Shown here: positions 55,801 to 64,000 of the stretch, piece after piece
Numbering within the stretch: position 1 is the first letter of the stretch
Layout of the letters: the number at the start of each line of letters is the position of its first letter
Source of the DNA: Auanema rhodensis
Taxonomy: Eukaryota > Animalia > Nematoda
NCBI GenBank assembly: GCA_964057225.1
Contig: OZ059894.1
Span: 1,860,001 to 1,924,000 of the forward strand
Reading direction: 5' to 3'
DNA length: 64,000 bases
Position numbers and translations under genes: made by a program
Notes under the pieces: generated by a model
Database searches by the model: none
What the model saw: only the letters and a program-made list of their open reading frames with translations
Told to the model about the DNA's origin: nothing

Positions 55801-57915
55801 ATTTAGCAGAAAGTAGATGTTTTTAGATTCCTTTTTTTAAGGCAAAGACGATGGACAATGTTATTCAACGAAAAAATTAATTCTTCAGGGTGAAAATCGA
55901 GGATATAAGTGTGAACTTATATCAGTTGATATCTCGGTGCATTTTTAAGCTAGCGCAAATCTGATAACACAGATCGACGCAGCTTGAAAATCCGCATCGA
56001 ATGCACTATACTACTTTGAGAAACGCTTAATACAAAAATTAGTTATGATCGTTTGAAAAATGATGCATTAGTGTATGTTGAGTTTCCATGTACACTCAAC
56101 ATAGCTTCCAAAAACATTTTGACAAAATTTTTTTCAAAAAATTTCAAAATAATTTAGCAGAAAGTAGATGTTTTTAGATTCCTTTTTTTAAGGCAAAGAC
56201 GATGGACAATGTTATTCAACGAAAAAATTAATTCTTCAGGGTGAAAATCGAGGATATAAGTGTGAACTTATATCAGTTGATATCTCGGTGCATTTTTAAG
56301 CTAGCGCAAATCTGATAACACAGATCGACGCAGCTTGAAAATCCGCATCGAATGCACTATACTACTTTGAGAAACGCTTAATACAAAAATTAGTTATGAT
56401 CGTTTGAAAAATGATGCATTAGTGTATGTTGAGTTTCCATGTACACTCAACATAGCTTCCAAAAACATTTTGACAAAATTTTTTTCGAAAAATTTCAGAA
56501 TAATTTAGCAAAAAGTAGATGTTTTTAGATTTCTTTTCTCAAGGCAAAGACGATGGACAATGTTATTCAACGAAAAAATTAATTCTTCAGGGTGAAAATC
56601 GAGGATATAAGTGTGAACTTATATCAGTTGATATCTCGGTGCATTTTTAAGCTAGCGCAAATCTGATAACACAGATCGACGCAGCTTGAAAATCCGCATC
56701 GAATGCACTATACTACATTGAGAAACGCTTAATACAAAAATTAGTTATGATCGTTTGAAAAATGATGCATTAGTGTATGTTGAGTTTCCATGTACACTCA
56801 ACATAGCTTCCAAAAACATTTTGACAAAAATTTTTTCGAAAAATTTCAAAATAATTTAGCAGAAAGTAGATGTTTTTAGATTCCTTTTTTTAAGGCAAAG
56901 ACGATGGACAATGTTATTCAACGAAAAAATTAATTCTTCAGGGTGAAAATCGAGGATATAAGTGTGAACTTATATCAGTTGATATCTCGGTGCATTTTTA
57001 AGCTAGCGCAAATCTGATAACACAGATCGACGCAGCTTGAAAATACGCATCGAATGCACTATACTACTTTGAGAAACGCTTAATACAAAAATTAGTTATG
57101 ATCGTTTGAAAAATGATGCATTAGTGTATGTTGAGTTTCCATGTACACTCAACATAGCTTCCAAAAACATTTTGACAAAAATTTTTTCGAAAAATTTCGA
57201 AATAATTTAGCAGAAAGTAGATGTTTTTAGATTCCTTTTTTTAAGGCAAAGACGATGGACAATGTTATTCAACGAAAAAATTAATTCTTCAGGGTGAAAA
57301 TCGAGGATATAAGTGTGAACTTATATCAGTTGATATCTCGGTGCATTTTTAAGCTAGCGCAAATCTGATAACACAGATCGACGCAGCTTGAAAATCCGCA
57401 TCGAATGCACTATACTACTTTGAGAAACGCTTAATACAAAAATTAGTTATGATCGTTTGAAAAATGATGCATTAGTGTATGTTGAGTTTCCATGTACACT
57501 CAACATAGCTTCCAAAAACATTTTGACAAAATTTTTTTCAAAAAATTTCAAAATAATTTAGCAGAAAGTAGATGTTTTTAGATTCCTTTTTTTAAGGCAA
57601 AGACGATGGACAATGTTATTCAACGAAAAAATTAATTCTTCAGGGTGAAAATCGAGGATATAAAAGTGAACTTATATCAGTTGATATCTCGTTGCATTTT
57701 TAAGCTAGCGCAAATCTGATAACACAGATCGACGCAGCTTGAAAATCCGCATCGAATGCACTATACTACTTTGAGAAACGCTTAATACAAAAATTAGTTA
57801 TGATCGTTTGAAAAATGATGCATTAGTGTATGTTGAGTTTCCATGTACACTCAACATAGCTTCCAAAAACATTTTGACAAAATTTTTTTCAAAAAATTTC
57901 AAAATAATTTAGCAG

Positions 57916-60900
57916 AAAGTAGATGTTTTTAGATTCCTTTTTTTAAGGCAAAGACGATGGACAATGTTATTCAACGAAAAAATTAATTCTTCAGGGTGAA
58001 AATCGAGGATATAAGTGTGAACTTATATCAGTTGATATCTCGTTGCATTTTTAAGCTAGCGCAAATCTGATAACACAGATCGACGCAGCTTGAAAATACG
58101 CATCGAATGCACTATACTACTTTGAGAAACGCTTAATACAAAAATTAGTTATGATCGTTTGAAAAATGATGCATTAGTGTATGTTGAGTTTCCATGTACA
58201 CTCAACATAGCTTCCAAAAACATTTTGACAAAAATTTTTTCGAAAAATTTCAGAATAATTTAGCAAAAAGTAGATGTTTTTAGATTTCTTTTCTCAAGGC
58301 AAAGACGATGGACAATGTTATTCAACGAAAAAATTAATTCTTCAGGGTGAAAATCGAGGATATAAGTGTGAACTTATATCAGTTGATATCTCGGTGCATT
58401 TTTAAGCTAGCGCAAATCTGATAACACAGATCGACGCAGCTTGAAAATCCGCATCGAATGTTCTATACTACTTTGAGAAACGCTTAATACAAAAATTAGT
58501 TATGATCGTTTGAAAAATGATGCATTAGTGTATGTTGAGTTTCCATGTACACTCAACATTGCTTCCAAAAAAATTTTGACAAAAATTTTTTCGAAAAATT
58601 TCAAATTAATTTAGCAGAAAGTATATGTTTTTAGATTTCTTTTTTCAAGGCAAAGACGATGGACAATGTTATTCAACGAAAAAATTAATTCTTCAGGGTG
58701 AAAATCGAGGATATAAGTGTGAATTTATATCAGTTGATATCTCGGTGCATTTTTAAGCTAGCGCAAATCTGATAACACAGATCGACGCAGCTTGAAAATC
58801 CGCATTGAATGCACTATACTACATTGAGGAACGCTTAATACAAAAATTAGTTATGATCGTTTGAAAAATGATGCATTAGTGTATGTTGAGTTTCCATGTA
58901 CACTCAACATTGCTTCCAAAAACATTTTGACAAAAATTTTTTCGAAAAATTTCAAATTAATTTAGCAGAAAGTATATGTTTTTAGATTCCTTTTTTCAAG
59001 GCAAAGACGATGGACAATGTTATTCAACGAAAAAATTAATTCTTCAGGGTGAAAATCGAGGATATAAGTGTGAATTTATATCAGTTGATATCTCGGTGCA
59101 TTTTTAAGCTAGCGCAAATCTGATAACACAGATCGACGCAGCTTAAAAATCCGCATCGAATGCACTATACTACATTGAGGAACGCTTAATACAAAAATTA
59201 GTTATGATCGTTTGAAAAATGATGCATTAGTGTATGTTGAGTTTCCATGTACACTCAACATAGCTTCCAAAAACATTTTGACAAAAATTTTTTCGAAAAA
59301 TTTCAGAATAATTTAGCAAAAAGTAGATGTTTTTAGATTTCTTTTCTCAAGGCAAAGACGATGGACAATGTTATTCAACGAAAAAATTAATTCTTCAGGG
59401 TGAAAATCGAGGATATAAGTGTGAACTTATATCAGTTGATATCTCGGTGCATTTTTAAGCTAGCGCAAATCTGATAACACAGATCGACGCAGCTTGAAAA
59501 TCCGCATCGAATGCACTATACTACTTTGAGAAACGCTTAATACAAAAATCAGTTATGATCGTTTGAAAAATGATGCATTAGTGTATGTTGAGTTTCCATG
59601 TACACTCAACATTGCTTCCAAAAACATTTTGACAAAAATTTTTTCGAAAAATTTCAAAATAATTTAGCAAAAAGTAGATGTTTTTAGATTCCTTTTTTCA
59701 AGGCGAAGACGATGGACATTGTTATTCAACGAAAAAATTAATTCTTCAGGGTGAAAATCGAGGATATAAGTGTGAACTTATATCAGTTGATATCTCGGTG
59801 CATTTTTAAGCTAGCGCAAATCTGATAACACAGATCGACGCAGCTTGAAAATCCGCATCGAATGCACTATACTACATTGAGAAACGCTTAATACAAAAAT
59901 TAGTTATGATCGTTTGAAAAATGATGCATTAGTGTATGTTGAGTTTCCATGTACACTCAACATAGCTTCCAAAAACATTTTGACAAAAATTTTTTCGAAA
60001 AATTTCAAAATAATTTAGCAGAAAGTAGATGTTTTTAGATTCCTTTTTTTAAGGCAAAGACGATGGACAATGTTATTCAACGAAAAAATTAATTCTTCAG
60101 GGTGAAAATCGAGGATATAAGTGTGAACTTATATCAGTTGATATCTCGTTGCATTTTTAAGCTAGCGCAAATCTGATAACACAGATCGACGCAGCTTGAA
60201 AATACGCATCGAATGCACTATACTACTTTGAGAAACGCTTAATACAAAAATTAGTTATGATCGTTTGAAAAATGATGCATTAGTGTATGTTGAGTTTCCA
60301 TGTACACTCAACATAGCTTCCAAAAACATTTTGACAAAAATTTTTTCGAAAAATTTCAGAATAATTTAGCAAAAAGTAGATGTTTTTAGATTTCTTTTCT
60401 CAAGGCAAAGACGATGGACAATGTTATTCAACGAAAAAATTAATTCTTCAGGGTGAAAATCGAGGATATAAGTGTGAACTTATATCAGTTGATATCTCGG
60501 TGCATTTTTAAGCTAGCGCAAATCTGATAACACAGATCGACGCAGCTTGAAAATCCGCATCGAATGCACTATACTACTTTGAGAAACGCTTAATACAAAA
60601 ATTAGTTATGATCGTTTGAAAAATGATGCATTAGTGTATGTTGAGTTTCCATGTACACTCAACATTGCTTCCAAAAAAATTTTGACAAAAATTTTTTCGA
60701 AAAATTTCAAATTAATTTAGCAGAAAGTATATGTTTTTAGATTTCTTTTTTCAAGGCAAAGACGATGGACAATGTTATTCAACGAAAAAATTAATTCTTC
60801 AGGGTGAAAATCGAGGATATAAGTGTGAATTTATATCAGTTGATATCTCGGTGCATTTTTAAGCTAGCGCAAATCTGATAACACAGATCGACGCAGCTTG

Positions 60901-62127
60901 AAAATCCGCATTGAATGCACTATACTACATTGAGGAACGCTTAATACAAAAATTAGTTATGATCGTTTGAAAAATGATGCATTAGTGTATGTTGAGTTTC
61001 CATGTACACTCAACATAGCTTCCAAAAACATTTTGACAAAAATTTTTTCGAAAAATTTCAAAATAATTTAGCAGAAAGTAGATGTTTTTAGATTCCTTTT
61101 TTTAAGGCAAAGACGATGGACAATGTTATTCAACGAAAAAATTAATTCTTCAGGGTGAAAATCGAGAATATAAGTGTGAACTTATATCAGTTGATATCTC
61201 GGTGCATTTTTAAGCTAGCGCAAATCTGATAACACAGATCGACGCAGCTTGAAAATCCGCATCGAATGCACTATACTACATTGAGGAACGCTTAATACAA
61301 AAATTAGTTATGATCGTTTGAAAAATGATGCATTAGTGTATGTTGAGTTTCCATGTACACTCAACATAGCTTCCAAAAACATTTTGACAAAAATTTTTTC
61401 GAAAAATTTCAAAATAATTTAGCAGAAAGTAGATGTTTTTAGATTCCTTTTTTTAAGGCAAAGACGATGGACAATGTTATTCAACGAAAAAATTAATTCT
61501 TCAGGGTGAAAATCGAGGATATAAGTGTGAACTTATATCAGTTGATATCTCGGTGCATTTTTAAGCTAGCGCAAATCTGATAACACAGATCGACGCAGCT
61601 TGAAAATCCGCATCGAATGCACTATACTACTTTGAGAAACGCTTAATACAAAAATTAGTTATGATCGTTTGAAAAATGATGCATTAGTGTATGTTGAGTT
61701 TCCATGTACACTCAACATAGCTTCCAAAAACATTTTGACAAAATTTTTTTCGAAAAATTTCAAAATAATTTAGCAGAAAGTAGATGTTTTTAGATTCCTT
61801 TTTTTAAAGCAAAGACGACAGACAATGTTATTCAACGAAAAAATTAATTCTTCAGGGTGAAAATCGAGGATATAAGTGTGAACTTATATCAGTTGATATC
61901 TCGGTGCATTTTTAAGCTAGCGCAAATCTGATAACACAGATCGACGCAGCTTGAAAATCCGCATCGAATGCACTATACTACATTGAGGAACGCTTAATAC
62001 AAAAATTAGTTATGATCGTTTGAAAAATGATGCATTAGTGTATGTTGAGTTTCCATGTACACTCAACATAGCTTCCAAAAACATTTTGACAAAAATTTTT
62101 TCGAAAAATTTCAAAATAATTTAGCAG
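57916..62127 (+). repeat. 12-monomer block B, copy 3 (M166-M177), offset 35 monomers from copy 2
   Basis: Same order, with a private CA>TT at 58461-58462. The match to copy 2 extends over M129-M145 (44928-50894) versus M164-M180 (57214-63180). Confidence 0.86.
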
Positions 62128-64000
62128 AAAGTAGATGTTTTTAGATTCCTTTTTTTAAGGCAAAGACGATGGACAATGTTATTCAACGAAAAAATTAATT
62201 CTTCAGGGTGAAAATCGAGGATATAAGTGTGAACTTATATCAGTTGATATCTCGTTGCATTTTTAAGCTAGCGCAAATCTGATAACACAGATCGACGCAG
62301 CTTGAAAATACGCATCGAATGCACTATACTACTTTGAGAAACGCTTAATACAAAAATTAGTTATGATCGTTTGAAAAATGATGCATTAGTGTATGTTGAG
62401 TTTCCATGTACACTCAACATAGCTTCCAAAAACATTTTGACAAAAATTTTTTCGAAAAATTTCAGAATAATTTAGCAAAAAGTAGATGTTTTTAGATTTC
62501 TTTTCTCAAGGCAAAGACGATGGACAATGTTATTCAACGAAAAAATTAATTCTTCAGGGTGAAAATCGAGGATATAAGTGTGAACTTATATCAGTTGATA
62601 TCTCGGTGCATTTTTAAGCTAGCGCAAATCTGATAACACAGATCGACGCAGCTTGAAAATCCGCATCGAATGCACTATACTACTTTGAGAAACGCTTAAT
62701 ACAAAAATTAGTTATGATCGTTTGAAAAATGATGCATTAGTGTATGTTGAGTTTCCATGTACACTCAACATTGCTTCCAAAAAAATTTTGACAAAAATTT
62801 TTTCGAAAAATTTCAAATTAATTTAGCAGAAAGTATATGTTTTTAGATTTCTTTTTTCAAGGCAAAGACGATGGACAATGTTATTCAACGAAAAAATTAA
62901 TTCTTCAGGGTGAAAATCGAGGATATAAGTGTGAATTTATATCAGTTGATATCTCGGTGCATTTTTAAGCTAGCGCAAATCTGATAACACAGATCGACGC
63001 AGCTTGAAAATCCGCATTGAATGCACTATACTACATTGAGGAACGCTTAATACAAAAATTAGTTATGATCGTTTGAAAAATGATGCATTAGTGTATGTTG
63101 AGTTTCCATGTACACTCAACATAGCTTCCAAAAACATTTTGACAAAAATTTTTTCGAAAAATTTCAAAATAATTTAGCAGAAAGTAGATGTTTTTAGATT
63201 CCTTTTTTTAAGGCAAAGACGATGGACAATGTTATTCAACGAAAAAATTAATTCTTCAGGGTGAAAATCGAGGATATAAGTGTGAACTTATATCAGTTGA
63301 TATCTCGGTGCATTTTTAAGCTAGCGCAAATCTGATAACACAGATCGACGCAGCTTGAAAATCCGCATCGAATGCACTATACTACATTGAGGAACGCTTA
63401 ATACAAAAATTAGTTATGATCGTTTGAAAAATGATGCATTAGTGTATGTTGAGTTTCCATGTACACTCAACATAGCTTCCAAAAACATTTTGACAAAACT
63501 TTTTTCGAAAAATTTCAAAATAATTTAGCAGAAAGTAGATGTTTTTAGATTCCTTTTTTTAAGGCAAAGACGACAGACAATGTTATTCAACGAAAAAATT
63601 AATTCTTCAGGGTGAAAATCGAGGATATAAGTGTGAACTTATATCAGTTGATATCTCGTTGCATTTTTAAGCTAGCGCAAATCTGATAACACAGATCGAC
63701 GCAGCTTGAAAATACGCATCGAATGCACTATACTACATTGAGGAACGCTTAATACAAAAATTAGTTATGATCGTTTGAAAAATGATGCATTAGTGTATGT
63801 TGAGTTTCCATGTACACTCAACATAGCTTCCAAAAACATTTTGACAAAAATTTTTTCGAAAAATTTCAAAATAATTTAGCAGAAAGTAGATGTTTTTAGA
63901 TTCCTTTTTTTAAGGCAAAGACGATGGACAATGTTATTCAACGAAAAAATTAATTCTTCAGGGTGAAAATCGAGGATATAAGTGTGAACATATATCAGTT

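Larger units (their letters stand above)
1..64000. repeat. Satellite DNA tandem array, 351-bp monomer, about 182.3 copies, head-to-tail; runs to both window ends
   Basis: AAAGTAGATGTTTTTAGATTCC recurs at 1, 352, 703 ... 7021, 14041 and 21061 (exact multiples of 351). It is shifted by -1 after a deletion at 25332/25333 and returns to the original phase after an insertion at 50910-50911 (56161, 63181). No non-repeat sequence or orientation change was seen. Confidence 0.99.

Noticed and set aside
1-64000. Repetitive protein-coding gene (351 bp = 117 codons, so frame is preserved between copies)
   Set aside because: All six frames have stops in the consensus monomer: plus strand TGA 82-84, TAG 5-7 and TAG 15-17; minus strand TAA opposite TTA at 28-30, 14-16 and 108-110.
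1-64000. CRISPR array or other repeat-spacer system with palindromic repeats
   Set aside because: The sequence between hairpins is as conserved as the hairpins themselves; there are no unique spacers, leader or cas genes.
1-64000. Entire array as a sequencing or assembly concatemer artefact
   Set aside because: Copies carry structured, linked and regionally restricted variants with almost no homopolymer indels, unlike repeated reads of a single template.

Overview
The whole 64 kb window is one uninterrupted head-to-tail tandem array of a 351-bp AT-rich monomer (about 32% GC, 112/351 by hand count). It holds 182 complete copies plus a partial 183rd, all in the same orientation. Copies differ from the consensus by only about 0-8 substitutions, and I found only two 1-bp indels in 64 kb. 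I found no genes, RNA genes, transposon insertions, inversions or CRISPR spacers; all six reading frames contain stop codons in the consensus monomer. It reads as eukaryotic satellite DNA, probably centromeric, pericentromeric or heterochromatic, with no CpG depletion. I do not recognise the family or the organism. The structure of interest lies at two scales. First, the monomer is a chain of inverted repeats, and its two perfect hairpins sit half a period apart (176/175 bp). Second, the point variants record a nested history of 2-, 3-, 4-, 8- and about 33-35-monomer duplications, regional variant domains, a displaced haplotype patch and a two-step mutation at a new CpG. Variant calls were read by eye and are written as consensus base, monomer position, variant base. 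M# is the monomer number; Mn starts at 1+351(n-1), minus 1 between 25333 and 50910. I see no evidence of a novel protein-coding system.
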